Positions 25,101 through 38,250 of a DNA stretch of 64,000 bases are shown here, piece after piece; the first letter of the stretch is position 1, and every line of letters begins with the position of its first letter. The position numbers and the translations under genes were made by a program. The notes under the pieces are model-generated. The model saw nothing but the letters and a program-made list of their open reading frames with translations, had not been told where the DNA came from and did no database searches. Source of the stretch: Octopus sinensis (Eukaryota). Location of the stretch: contig NC_043002.1 in the NCBI RefSeq assembly GCF_006345805.1, forward strand, positions 15,314,001 to 15,378,000, given 5' to 3'.

Positions 25101-25587
25101 GTGTAATCCATGTGCCTTCACAAAGTGTGCGTGCGTGTGCTTGTCTGCATTTTTGAATGTGTATGTTTGTATATATGCTATTTAATGTACACGAAAATCG
25201 TCTTTATGAGCTACTATTTGTTACAAATATCTCGGACAGTATTTTATAACATATCTGCTGCCTTCACGCAATCCTCAGGGACCAGACCTGTTATAAAATG
25301 CTTCCTGAGATAGGATGAAAGATAGATGAAAACAAGGATAGAAAGAAAGAAAGAAAGACAGAAAGGAAAAAAGAAAGAAAGAATGAAAGTCTTCACCTTT
25401 TGAGACGGTTGGTCACTTGTCATGTTAGCTACATGTCGAAACAATCTTTTTTTCGTATGGTTAAAGTTAAAAGAAATTCTAGATGTCAATTTTCTTTTAG
25501 CATTTCTTTTCGCACTTCTCTGCTGCGGAAATAGACTTTATCAAATTATTTTGGAAAGTTTTTAAATGTGTGAATGTATTTGTTTAT

Positions 25588-25790
25588 GCCGGGCGAAATG
25601 CTTAGCGGTATTTCGTCTGCCGCTACGTTCAGAGTTCCAATTCCGCCGAGGTCGACTTTGCCTTTCATCCTTTCGGGATCGATTAAATAAGTACCGGTTA
25701 CACACTGGGGTCGATATAATCGACTTAATCCGTTTGTTTGTCTTTGTTTGCCCCCTCTATGTTTAGCCCCTTGTGGGCAATAAAGAAATA
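25588..25790 (+). mobile_element. SINE family A copy, 5' truncated
   Basis: Colinear with other A copies. Confidence 0.9.
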
Positions 25791-27446
25791 CCAAACTTGC
25801 CCCTACAACGTAGTCATTCAATGGAAATAAGAAAGTAGTGTGTATTCTATCATAACATTTTCACTCTAATTTATATCGCAAGGCCGCAGTAGAAATTTGA
25901 TGCCAACTCAGCGTTGTATAGATTAATGTGTACTAATGTCCAATGCGTAGAAATTTCGTAAACATTCTGTAACAAAATATGTTTACTGTGAGTTGCGACT
26001 TAAACTCTGTGATAAAACCATCACAACTAAGAATGAAAATGCTTTATTTAAATGTAAATCGGACATCAGAAAATTGAAGTTTAGCCACTGAAGATGAAAT
26101 TAGTAAATGATTGTTTTGAAGCAAGCACTTACCCCAGGATAACGCTAAAATATTATCTAGGAATATGTGTATGTTTGAACATACGTAACACTGAATCATT
26201 CATCTTCCATATTAGTAAAACATTACTTTTCCTCAATCCCAAGTGGAAAACAGACAGCGCCTGCTGTCCAAGAATCAAAACACAATACAGTAACAAAACC
26301 AATCATTTGCATCGTTTTATATAGTATAACATGCGGCAACGATGATAGAAACGTTGACCAATTGAAATTAACCCATACTAAAAATATTGAGCAAGGAAAG
26401 GAATCGATGATCATCTGACAACACACTTCATTAAGTGTGTTGTCAAATATTTCTACTGTTTCTGAGAATTTTCATGCCTCATATGCACAATAAATATTAT
26501 GATATAGATACATCTATTTTGTAGTCATCTTGAAATATCTCATCAAACGCTTCCAAATTCTAATCGTAATATAGATCCTTGTTCTAATGTTTGAATAATC
26601 TAGTGCAGATTGAATAAGTGTAACGTAAGTTATTCATGATATTTGCGTATTTCTTCCTTTTTTTTCCGAATCAGGCCTCCTAATATATGATTATGAAATA
26701 AGAGTGAAATTTATTGGGGTTTAGGTGTTAGGTGTGTCAGATATGTCGCTTGTAGGAATGCTGATAGCATGGTGAAATATCTATCATCATCTTAATTTTG
26801 AAAGATGGAAGATGCTTATCCATCTCGCGGTCAATAGTTAACATACTTTACACAACCCTGGTATAATATTATTTCAGTTGACTCGTTCATCAGTTACTTC
26901 ATTATTTGTATGTACAACTAGCAGCTCCCTTATACAGATTCAACTAGACAGAAACCTTACTGAATGTCAAATAATAGCAGCTACTACTTTCAGAATATTT
27001 ATTATTTCCCATCTAATAATTGAAGAAGGCGACGCAATGAGTATAGATCTCTAAATTTGCGTAGCTCCTCTAGTTTATTCTATACAACTGGCAAGTTTAA
27101 TTTAGTAGAGATCATGTTATTCAATATCAGTAAAGATGATTCTTGTCATAATTTTGTTTTCGTGTTATTATTGAGAATTAAAAATGTGTTTTTCTCGAGT
27201 TTTACGTTTTACGGTCATACTAAAGTGTTCCCAATAATAAAAATAATATATATATTCCTGATACATCAGCTACGTTGTTCGCATAGTATTTTCTTCCTAT
27301 GAAGAAACCATTTGATATATGTGAAGTTGAATTCCAGCAAGTCATGCGGTCGTTTGCACACAGACAGTGCGCTACAAAGAGATTTTGTCCATGCGTGCAA
27401 TATTTAAAATCGTGTTGAATTTTTTCATGAAAAAATTCATCAACAT

Positions 27447-27825
27447 AGGCGCATGAGTGCCTGTTTGTTAAGAAGCTTGCTTCCAAACCACATAGCTCCG
27501 CGTTCAGTGGCACTGCGTGACACCTTGGCGGGTTGTCTTCTACAATAGCCACAGTCCGTCTAGAACCTTGTTAGTGGATTTGGTAGACGGAAACGGAAAG
27601 AACCCAGTGGCATATACAATTACATATATCTGTGCGGGAGTTTTTGTGTTTGTCCTCACCACCACCAGCACTTGGCTTGGTGTGTTTAAGTCCTCGTAAC
27701 ATAGCAGACTGGCAAAAGAAACCGATAAAATAAGTACCAGACTTAAAATTCATTCGACTAAATAAAAATTCAAGACCATGCCCCATCATAACAGCACTCT
27801 AATGATTGAAATATCTAAAAAAAAG
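27447..27825 (+). mobile_element. SINE family B copy, diverged
   Basis: Head, gtggatttggtagacggaaac and tail segments recognisable. Confidence 0.8.
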
Positions 27826-28591
27826 ATTAAAAAATAGACATTATTTTCAGTAAACATGCCATTTCATTCCAGCATTTTTCTTTTCCCGTAATGCTTTGAC
27901 ACATTTTACTGCGTTAGTTTTAATTTTGTTGCAAACATTAAACATTTCTAATATCGTTTTTTTTTCGTCTTTCAACGTTGGTTATTTTAAATACCCTCTC
28001 ATGGAACTTTGTGTATTTTGTTATATTTTATTGTGTATTTGATTATTTATTCGATTTTATGAACGTTATTGTTAAGTGGGATTTTTCATGTCAATGAAAA
28101 GAGCACTTAAGCGATTTGAGACTCACTTCTTCATCTAACGAGGATATGCTATCCTATAATGCTACTTTTTTAAATGCTGTCCGTTCCCTTGAGAATAGAC
28201 TTAAAGCATTTAGTTTGCATTATTGACATAAATTAAGATTCACGACATCACGTTGCATAGAAATTATCCAGGCCCGTTTGGCTTCAAAGTAACTTTCTTA
28301 ATTAATCTCCTGTAAGTTTGACTTCTAGAAATTCAGACTGAACTGAATTACTAAGTTATTCTTGCGAGGTGCTTAGCTACGAAATCTTATTTAACATATG
28401 TTCTCCTGAGTAATACAGATTCTTACAAACGGATACATAGACCAACAACTATATTAGTAGCCAAGTCTCCAAGTATGTACGCACATTCATTTGATCGTCT
28501 GACAGTTTATCTGCCTCTCTGTGTCTCTTTCTTTCTATCTCTGTCTATCTCCCTATATCTACATATATCTATTTCTGTATTTCATTATACC

Positions 28592-28743
28592 GAAGTGGCT
28601 GAGAAGTAAGTAGCTTGCATATCGATCCCATGGTTCCGAGTTCAGTCTCACTCCATGACACCTTGGGCCAGTGATTTCTGCTATATCCTGGAGTCGACCA
28701 AAGCCTTTTGAGCGGATTTGCTAGACAGAAACTGAAAGCAGCC
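28592..28743 (+). mobile_element. SINE family B 5' half
   Basis: agtggctgagaagtaagtagcttgc...gacaccttgggccagtg...cagaaactgaaagcagcc. Confidence 0.75.
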
Positions 28744-28865
28744 AAAGGATTTTATATTTAGATATATCTGGGGTACTTATATGTACTCATAACTTTGGCT
28801 TCAACTATTCTTTCATGGGCGCATGTGGGTATTTCATTTATTTCTATTCGTATTTTCTACTGAAG

Positions 28866-28980
28866 AGGAAAACATCTATTATGAGATTCATTCCGAAATT
28901 GATTCAATATAGAAATAACGAACTTGAAAAAACATTCTTTTGGCTAGCTTTCCTCGATTTTGGCACAACGTATTTCTGTA
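28866..28980 (+). CDS. Candidate exon (RKTSIMRFIPKLIQYRNNELEKTFFWLAFLDFGTTYFC)
   Basis: Pyrimidine-rich acceptor; weaker gtgggt donor; phase 0 to 1 fits the next candidate exon. Confidence 0.25.
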
Positions 28981-29081
28981 GTGGGTATAATAATATGTGG
29001 AAATTGACGATTTAAAATATTGTTATCAGCATATAGGCATAGGGATAATTTTCTTTTGCCCTGTTTATAAGTGGTATATAT

Positions 29082-29117
<36 letters not shown>

Positions 29118-29154
29118 GAGATAGATAGAGAGAGGAGAGAGAGGAGAGGAGAAC

Positions 29155-29222
29155 TGGCAAGACTGGCAAAGGCAAGACAGGGCAAGACTGGCAAGACTGG
29201 CAAGACAGGGCAAGACTGGGCA
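29155..29222. repeat. 9-10 bp GGCAAGACT/GGCAAGACAG tandem repeat
   Basis: Direct reading. Confidence 0.85.
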
Positions 29223-29700
29223 GCTGAAATTCGGGTGGGATAGGAAAGTATTGAAGGTGACTCAAGGCCTGGATGTCCTGCAACTTGCACCATCGAAGAT
29301 CTCATTGATCATTTTCATCACATGGTGAAGGATAGCACATGATTGATTATAATCGAATATCCAATGCTTTGAGTGTATCTCGTTAGAGAATTGAAGATAT
29401 TCTGCCCAGTGAACTTGGTATTACAAAGATTCCTGCTTGGTGGCTGCCACGTTTTCTGATACCTGATCAAAAGCGCGCCAGGCTGATCACATCACAGCAA
29501 AATCTGTCATTGTTGAAGCAGTAATAGTTGGCAGTTGGTGTCCTTGAACATTTCCTAACCCAAAAGGAGTGCTGGGTTCATCGCATTGTACGAAATTCAA
29601 ATTCATGCAGTGGAGACAACTTTCTTATCTGCTCTAGAGAAAGCTAAGGTCATTTTATCTGCAGGGAAGGAGATAGCCTAAGTCTTCTGGATTCTATATT
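29222..29700 (+). mobile_element. Mariner transposase remnant
   Basis: ESIEGDSRPGCP..., ELGITKIPAWWLPRFLIPDQKRARL (WVPRxL motif), FLTQKECWVH, MQWR, EKAKVILSAGK..VFW, with stops and frameshifts. Confidence 0.85.
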
Positions 29701-30584
29701 GCACTCGAAGTGCATAGACACTTTTGTGTATGGTTTTCAAGCAGAACTACATGCGAGATTCAACATGATCAGGCTGTCCTCATAAATCATTCCTAAAAAC
29801 CATGGTATTCGACGAAGCGTCACCATGTAAAATATTTTTGCACCTCTCGAGAAAATTGCCATTTCAAGGAAGAGAGGAAACAGGAATTACAAAATTTCTG
29901 TTATCGTTTAAATTGTTTATATTGCAAAAAATAATTCCTATTCCGAAGGAAGACCGTCAGTATAGAAGGGTAGAGTTTTGTGAGAGGTAGTGGAGATAAT
30001 ATAAAGAAGATACCCACTTTCCAACAAAGATATTTTGGAGTGATGTGGGTATATTAAGAATAGATATTACATGTCCGCCATCATTGCACAGTTAGGAGAG
30101 TTGAATATCTGTATGTAGTGGAGGTGTTGCAATATGGCGAGGTTTAAAATCAAAAGAATTAATTGGAACATGTATTGGTAACAATACTCACACTCAAATT
30201 TACTGCGACAGCATTTCATGCGAGGCATATATGAGGTCTTTAAAGTAGCGGAGTATTATTGCTAGCAGTATTAGACACGGATCTCGCTACCATAGTAACG
30301 TAAGGGCTTTCTGTGAAAAAATTTTGAAAAACAGGCGGATGGAATAAAGAGGCACAAGGGAAAAAACCTCTGTGTTTCCTGGATTTATCACCTCTCTACT
30401 TTATGAGAATCCTAAATTGATAATTTTTTACCGGCAAAAATTGACAAACCGTCTTTTCTTGTTTAAGTTCCAATTGCTTCACCTTATCGTCAATACCCGG
30501 ATCAATATGGTAATGAATCGGACAACAAGCGTTGCTAGAAAATGTTACACCTCTATATAGAATCTATTAAATTTTGAAATTCAT

Positions 30585-30983
30585 AGGCGTAGGAGCGGCT
30601 GTGTGGTAAGTAGCATGCCTACGAACCACATGGTTCCGGGTTCAGTCCCCCAGCGTGGCTCCTTGGGAAAGTGCTTTCTACTATAGCATCGGGTCGACCA
30701 AAGCCTTGTGAGTGGATGTGGTAGACGGAAACTGAAAGAAGCCCGTCGTATATATATATATATATATATAATATATATATGTGTGTATGTGTCTGTGTTT
30801 GTCCCCCAACTTCGCTTGACAACCGATGCTGGTGTTTACGTCCCCGTAACGTAGCGGTTCGGCAAAAGAGACGGATAGAATAAGTACTAGGCTTACAATG
30901 AGTACGTCCTGGGGTCGATTTGCTCGACTAAAGGTGGTGCTCCAGCATGGCCACAGTCAGATGACTGAAAATGTAAAAGAGTA
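30585..30983 (+). mobile_element. SINE family B copy
   Basis: Full length, colinear. Confidence 0.92.
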
Positions 30984-31318
30984 TAAAAACTGACTATCAT
31001 TATACAATGTGTTTAAATTTTCGGTCACTATGCACACACACACACACATACACATATACATACCAAAACATGCACACACACAGTGCATATATGTGCACCT
31101 AATAAATGAATTTCGATTCTATATACAGATCTATTACAAACAGGTCTTCACTTTTTTTCTTTACTATATGTTTTCCCAAATACCTTAATAGTACACTTTA
31201 CCCCGTACAAATTCAGACATATATAATCTAATTTTCAAAATTAAATAGCTTTTTGCAGTATAGCTACCACTTAATTAAACACTTCTAATTCTCAATTTGT
31301 TCCTTCGTATCTCCTAAG

Positions 31319-31436
31319 GTTACATTTTTATCGCTTTTATAAATCCACTTATTCTCACCTTCCAGCACATAGTTGTTCCTGCCTCCGGAATTTTACAGTT
31401 TTTACTGTTACAAACATTACCATCATATATACGCAG
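31319..31436 (+). CDS. Candidate exon of a hydrophobic protein (YIFIAFINPLILTFQHIVVPASGILQFLLLQTLPSYIR)
   Basis: tttgttccttcgtatctcctaag acceptor, CAG|gtaagt donor, open phase 1 to 2. Confidence 0.45.
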
Positions 31437-32219
31437 GTAAGTTTCTGCACATCTAAGTATTTTAAAAACTAAGCTAATATATCGGAAGTGTGAAGTACAT
31501 ACCATTCCTTCCATGTTACTTTAATCTTATATTTTAACCAACTCTGTCAGTTTTATTGCTCCTTCAATCATCTCTCTTAAAATAGCTGTATATCACATTT
31601 TAGCCACTAATTACCAAGTGAGGAATTTCTTATATAATTTTATTATTTTGCAATTAAAATATACCTTAAAATTTAAATTGAAATGTGTATTTTTTTATTA
31701 TTGATTTTCCGTAATTTAAATCGCTTTTTTTATTCTCATGAAAACATATTTTCATTAAATTCATATTACATCCAATCGTTCACGATTTAACTTTGGATAA
31801 TAATGATGACGATGAGGAGGCTGCAGACGACGACGACGACGATGTCGATGCTGGTGTTGGCTTCGAAGATGATAATGGTGGCAACTATCATTATCATCAA
31901 CATAAAAATCACCAAGTCTGTTTTAATTTATTTCATTAGTTAAATCATGTATTTTCTTTCTTTCCTCTCCATTCCGTCCACATTTCCCACAAACCATCCT
32001 CAATTAGTATGGAAACATGTTCTAATTTAAAGACTTGAGATGTCATATCTCTGCCTTTCATCCGACCCAACACACTCCTCTTCTTCTTGAAGGTAGTAGT
32101 TTTTATTCACCTCCGTTGCTATTTTGTGTATTATTTATTCATCTCTATTTTTAACCCTATCGTTACTCTTCCTGGTATTCTTCGCTTTCCCAGAAAAATC
32201 CAGATCTACTAAGCAGCCT

Positions 32220-33600
32220 TTTGACTGAGATATTTTCTAATTTTCACAAAATGCCCAGCCTTGCACACGTTCACCGACCATACACTACACCTCAGGATCA
32301 TTTGCACAGTAAGAGAAATAGTAGACTTCATTGCGTCAAAATTATTAAGAATCGTTATGGTTCAACACATGACAGCAGACACACCACTGGAGGAAAACCC
32401 AACTACTTTTCATGGTTAGCTACCTCAACATCTCCTTTATATGATCCAGTTGCTAAGGACATCATCAAGAGGACCCACGTCCGGCTTCGGCCCCTATTTT
32501 TCTACCATTTTCGACACTGCCGCCTCCAAAATTCGGAGGTGTCTTCAGCTCTGGTGCTGAATGTTCTTTTTTCTTTATACTTTGGCCTTTTGTTATTTGG
32601 TTTCATCGATGCAGCGTCAACGAATATCAACGAGCGAATGAACACCCTGACAAATTTGCCTTTTAAATACTCAACGGTAGATTCCAGCAGCCAGCGCCAG
32701 CTAACTATCACATAACACAATCTAAGCGTCAACTGATAACGGAGGGAGGGCACATAATTTTTGCCTGCGCCCTCTCTGTACCTGTCTTCCAAAAAAGTAG
32801 TGTTAGTTTCAGTTCCAGCAGCCAAAGTCGAAGGCTGTCTGGTGGCACAAGCCTTCGAAATATCGGGGAGGAAGGTGCGCAGTAAACAGATGGATCCTTT
32901 GGCCCACCTGTCAAGCAGCAGCACTGTTTAAGTGCCGTCCAGACTCACCTAGTGACGCTATTTCCAAGTCGGCATGTTATGGATTTCGAACCATTTCGAC
33001 TCTTCTCGTTTCGGCTATATATGCAAGTTAGCTTTCTCGAAAGCCTCCTGCATCCTCCTTATTCAGCCTTTCTCAGCTCTCAGCTCGAAAATGCAAACTT
33101 CTCCAGGTCACGCTTACGAACAATCAGGTAGCCCTGCAAGTGTCACAGTGTTGATCTTCGAAATGTCCATATTGTTTACACGGCTGCCATTGTGCTACAA
33201 ATGTGATGGAATTAGTGCAGTTAATTTCGGAGAGCTTTGTAAAATAGGTTCTTGCCGTAATCGGTGCTTTTGAGAGTAAATTCATAGAACCTAAACAGGG
33301 TAGCGTATCTATCTCCCCCTAGATGGCAAATGTATGCCATGACTTTTTCAGTAATACCACGTAACATCTCACAGAGCTGAGTGGTTACAATGCTAGTGAT
33401 TGCGAAATCAAAAACTGCTTTCCTACGATCTTGAAGATAATATTTTCCAGAAAGGAGGTATAAATTCCAGCAGGATCTGAGACGTGGCAATCGTTAGCAA
33501 GCCGTGTCTCTGAGAAGGCACATTTATCAACAGAATACTTTCAGATATCTTTATATCAGCGTAATTCTTCACGGAAGTGAGAATCCCTCAGGATGGCCAG
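32220..33600 (-). mobile_element. Decayed LINE RT region, probably L1/Tx1 clade
   Basis: GC-richer island; minus frame DRWAKGSICLLRTFLPDI, NYVPSLRYQLTLRLC, WRRQCRK resembles the Tx1 RT C-terminal region by eye; many stops. Confidence 0.4.
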
Positions 33601-33818
33601 AGAGGATTCTTACATTTCAACAGTATATATTTAGCTTTTCGTTAGATTATTTAGGCATCTTGTTGTTTAGGATACGTACAACACAACCACAAGCCGCACT
33701 AAACTACCTCGGTTTAAAGTAAAAACTGCTATAATATATATATATATATATATATATACAGAGATTAAATAATAGCGTAAACGTTTAAACCAGTGGTTAG
33801 CATACTTCAAAGGATATT

Positions 33819-34192
33819 CGAGGACTATGAATTATATTACATATACAAATAAAATATCCACTATGGTGGATTCCTGATATACTAGAAGAAGACGCTAAAA
33901 CGCCTTACCACGAAGTATATATTCTCAAAAGATTTTAGCAAACGCCAGAGTGTATGCGAGCAAGGTAATGAAAGAAGACAAAACAGAGCAATTAACTCTA
34001 TGCCTTAAGATTTCGCTATCAACGACCACTAACGTGATCATCCGTAGCTCTTCAGTGAAGTCGTTGCTGAAGATATTATTTGAACATATTATTCGTGGCA
34101 AGGCGTTTTAACGTCTTCTTCTAGCATACTAGGAATTCACTTTTGTAGTTGTTCATTTTTATTTATATATGTAATATAATTCATAGTCCTCG
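33819..34192. mobile_element. Fold-back element with about 100-bp inverted arms enclosing a hammerhead-like core (PLE-like)
   Basis: 33819-33914 and 34092-34192 are diverged inverted repeats (cgaggactatgaattatattacatat... / ...gtaatataattcatagtcctcg). Confidence 0.75.
33994..34062 (-). ncRNA. Type I hammerhead motif with one inactivating change (GCA instead of GUA)
   Basis: Minus strand GACUUCA-CUGAAGA-GCUA..AUGAUCAC-GUUA-GUGGUCGU..UAGC-GAAA-UCUUAAG-GCA-UAGAGUU. Confidence 0.6.
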
Positions 34193-34430
34193 GACATTTT
34201 TACTCCATAATCTACCATCAAAATCTACTGGAGTGGCTCACACGGCTAGTATATTTATTTCGTGTGGAACAAATCGGAATTTTCCATGCAATAAATCAGG
34301 GCTTGATTAAGTACGATTGGCATAATAGCGCTCTATATATATAGTTGCAAGAATTTACTATTCTTAAGAATTTCTAGAAGCTTAAACCATCCAAACACCT
34401 CTTGGGTATCGGACACATTTTAGACTTAAG

Positions 34431-34545
34431 GACGGGTATTAACCTATCAATGATTATTTCAGAATTAGTAGAACAAATAAATCTAATTGAGGGGTCGATA
34501 AGAAAGATCAGGGTCCTTAAGCATAATACAGCTTTATCGAGTGAC
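34431..34545 (+). CDS. Candidate exon (TGINLSMIISELVEQINLIEGSIRKIRVLKHNTALSSD)
   Basis: GAC|gtatgg donor; moderate acceptor; phase 2 to 0 bridges neighbouring candidates. Confidence 0.3.
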
Positions 34546-35160
34546 GTATGGATCGGTCCTATCATCTATCGCTAAATCTCAGAGGATTAGTAGATCTGTA
34601 TTTTTAATACTTATAAATACATTGTAACTAGCTTGTCTATATTTGCGGCGCAAATTCCTTCCTAATCATAGGCTTATGTAGTTCAGTAACAAAAATGTAA
34701 ATGTTACTAGTTTTGCTCGTTGGTACATATATCCCCGGAGCTCTTTGAAATCCGGTGATATATGTACTTTTCCGATTTTCTACTTATGTATATTACACCT
34801 ACTCGGGTACATCCTGAACTTCACGTTATTAACCATACAATATAATTATTCTCCTCAAATCTGGTTAGGTGTTATGAATACTTACCTTAGAAGGCATACA
34901 TATTCAGGTTTGTCGTTTTGTTTAAGCTCCATGTCGGAAAGGAAAACTTCCCACCGCATGCAACGTGCAAATTGGTACGCTTTCTCCAAAAGATCACGTA
35001 TATAATCCTTCCTACTGAGTGTAGCTATGACCTTTAGCGACACATTCAGTTATTTTAACGAGTTGTGTCTATTTCTCACCCTACGAGTGACCGATGCTAG
35101 ATGTGTCGAAATAATTGTCGTGATAAATAAATTCTCATATATTCTATCATCTCTCATTTG

Positions 35161-35198
<38 letters not shown>

Positions 35199-35201
<3 letters not shown>

Positions 35202-35590
35202 CGCGTGTGGTAAGTAGCTTGCTAACCAACCACATGGTTCCGGGTTCAGTCCCACTGCGTGGCATCTTGGGCAAGTGTCTTCTGCTATAGCCCCGGGCCA
35301 ACGAATGCCTTGTGAGTGGATTTGGTAGACGGAAACTGAAAGAAGCCTGTCGTATATATGTATATATATATATAAGTGTGTGTGTATATGTTTGTGTGTC
35401 TGTGTTTGTCCCCCTAGCATTGCTTGACAACCGATGCTGGTGTTTACGTCCCCGTCACTTAGCGGTTCGGCAAAAAAACCGATAGAATAAGTACTGGGCT
35501 TACAAAGAATAAGTCCCGGGGTCGATTTGCTCGAATAAAGTCGGTGCTCCAGCATGGCCGCAGTCAAATGACCGAAACGAGTAAAAGAGT
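35199..35590 (+). mobile_element. SINE family B copy with short deletion in the head
   Basis: Colinear; lacks the GGAGTGGCT segment. Confidence 0.92.
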
Positions 35591-35668
35591 ATATATATAT
35601 ATATGAAAGCATTTATGTGTATTAACATGTATGTGAATTTCTACATATAAGTATATATATATATATAT

Positions 35669-35923
35669 GTTTTGAGTGTGTGTGTGTGTGTGTGTGTGTA
35701 TGGGTGTATGCGTTTGCGTATGCCTTTGGATGAGAGAGGGGAGAAAGAAAATAAGCGAGGCGATGTTCCAAGAGTAGATCGATAGACAGTTGGAAATACA
35801 GTGAGTTAGTCAAAATCGATAAACAGGTAGATAACACTAGCTTGCTTGCTAATTTCTATAATATCTGAGAGGCAATTCCAAATACATTTCTAATAGCAGC
35901 CGAGATTTAAATTTACCGTCTTC

Positions 35924-35967
<44 letters not shown>

Positions 35968-36233
35968 ATAATATATATATATGTTTTGAGTGTGTGTGTG
36001 TGTGTGTGTATGGGTGTATGCGTTTGCGTATGCCTTTGGATGAGAGAGGGGAGAAAGAAAATAAGCGAGGCGATGTTCCAAGAGTAGATCGATAGACAGT
36101 TGGAAATACAGTGAGTTAGTCAAAATCGATAAACAGGTAGATAACACTAGCTTGCTTGCTAATTTCTATAATATCTGAGAGGCAATTCCAAATACATTTC
36201 TAATAGCAGCCGAGATTTAAATTTACCGTCTTC

Positions 36234-36250
<17 letters not shown>
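35669..36250. repeat. Near-perfect tandem duplication of about 270 bp separated by (TA)n
   Basis: 35669-35940 equals 35983-36250 except for 4 bp in the GT tract. Confidence 0.95.
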
Positions 36251-36305
<55 letters not shown>

Positions 36306-36641
36306 TAGAAGTATTGATTTACTTTGAGGGTTAACGATTAGTGACTTCCTTAGAACATCTTTCTAAATCCCTTGTGATATTGAGTTTAATCTCTTAACAT
36401 TCTGATTTGAAGTACCTCCAGTTATACGTACCGTTTTATCGTTACGCATTTAATGATATATAGAGCTATGTAAATAAGTGAGTGCGTGGAACTAGCAATT
36501 ACTTTTCTTTGGTTAATGTTCTAGTGGTTATCCAAGAAACCAAAATTGATTGATCTTCAGTGATATAAAAGCGCTCTTTTTTTGCTTATTTTTGAACGAT
36601 GATATTAATTCACGGATTCAGTGTTCTTGTGCTTATATTAG

Positions 36642-36702
36642 ATGAATCATATTCAAGCAATTGAACACTGTGTTAGAACTAGTAATACAGAAATAAAAAA
36701 AT
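36642..36702 (+). CDS. Candidate exon (MNHIQAIEHCVRTSNTEIKK)
   Basis: gttcttgtgcttatattag acceptor, gtaagt donor, only phase 0 to 1 open. Confidence 0.4.
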
Positions 36703-37904
36703 GTAAGTAAATAATTAATTTAATGTTTTACTGCATCAACATTAATAGTTCATGTGAAGTCAATATTCCCACAATATTTATATTAGGACTGTTAATAATT
36801 GGGTACAGAATAAAATGATCATATTATTTTACTGAGTGGCATGAAATTGGTTTCAAGTATATAATCTAATAATGTTTCATGAAGAACTATTTATTTTATA
36901 GGGGAGGATTAATAATAAAATTCCACAAGGAATTAAAAACGTATCAAATAACCAGACACTTTATAGTATATGATATTAATGATTGTCTAGTGAAATACAA
37001 GACATATATAAGAACAAGCTAGCATTAAACTATATATCTGTGTATATCTGTGTGTGCAGAAAGAGGTGTTGGGGAGAGAAAAAGAGAGAGGCAGAGCGAG
37101 TGACGTTAATAAATAAATTGATATAGGTTTATGCAAAAATAGTCGTTTCTATCTGCCGTCAAAAGATAGGAAAAAAATCACATTTCAAAGAAATGAAATG
37201 ATAGTGTTATTTGATAATTGCATCGAAATGATGCGCATTCCGAAAAAAATTTAACAAACTCCGTTCCAATCAAATATATTTTTTTTAAGAAGTTTTATTT
37301 TGTTAGTAATTGATGTAACACAGGCACTATAGCTATATAACATATCATTTAAAGAAGTTACGGTAATAATATATGTTATATTATATATTTCTTATAAAGT
37401 ATGCATTCACTATATTAATATCCTATTGTAAATATAGACAAATTACCTTATGAAATCTGTCACGCTTTTGAAGTAATAAAAGATGCATCTTAGCAATGCC
37501 CGTTAACATTTTACATTTGAAAAATTAATGCCATATAGTCTATATTACATTACACATCGCTGAACATAAGTTAGAAGTTCGTTTAGAGAGAGTTTCCTCT
37601 AAGCTGTGCAGAATTACATACACTTTCTACGTGTTTGATGTTTAAATCAGCTGATCTTTCAAATTATATTTTGATTTTGGTCAAGAATACGTTTCGATCA
37701 GATCTCTTCCACACATTTGTATTTTCTTTCGACCTGTTGTCATTCATATCACTACAAGTCACATCGAAATTTATTGTGCTAATGGTGAATAACCATTGTG
37801 GTGAATGGCATGCTTTTAGGTAGTCGATTTGGTTAGTTTTCTAGAAATACCAGATAACATTTCTAGTTAAAATAAACAAAAAAAGAATAATTCAATCGTA
37901 GCAT

Positions 37905-37927
37905 ATGGGTGTATGTATATCTGTCTG

Positions 37928-38018
<91 letters not shown>

Positions 38019-38188
38019 CCTGTCTGTCTGTCTGTCTGTATGTCTGTCTGTATGTATGTATGTCTGTATATCTGTATATCTGCCTGTCTACCTATTTACC
38101 TAACTATCTGTAATTTTATATCTGTCTGTCTGTCTGTTTGTCTCTCTCTCTCTCTCTCCCTCTGTATATATATGTATATATATATATT

Positions 38189-38237
<49 letters not shown>

Positions 38238-38250
38238 GTGTGTATGATAA
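37905..38250. repeat. (TCTA)n/(TCTG)n/(TA)n/(TG)n microsatellite block
   Basis: Direct reading. Confidence 0.95.

Noticed and set aside
32496-32555. Hammerhead candidate CUGAAGA...GAAAAUGGUA (minus)
   Set aside because: Stems I and III do not pair; lies within decayed LINE coding sequence
32400-33600. Endogenous negative-strand RNA virus L-protein fragment (GHP, PKREE, KGD spacing)
   Set aside because: Motif matches are poor (no DxxKW, GGxEG or GDNQ); a LINE RT reading fits better. A translated search would settle it
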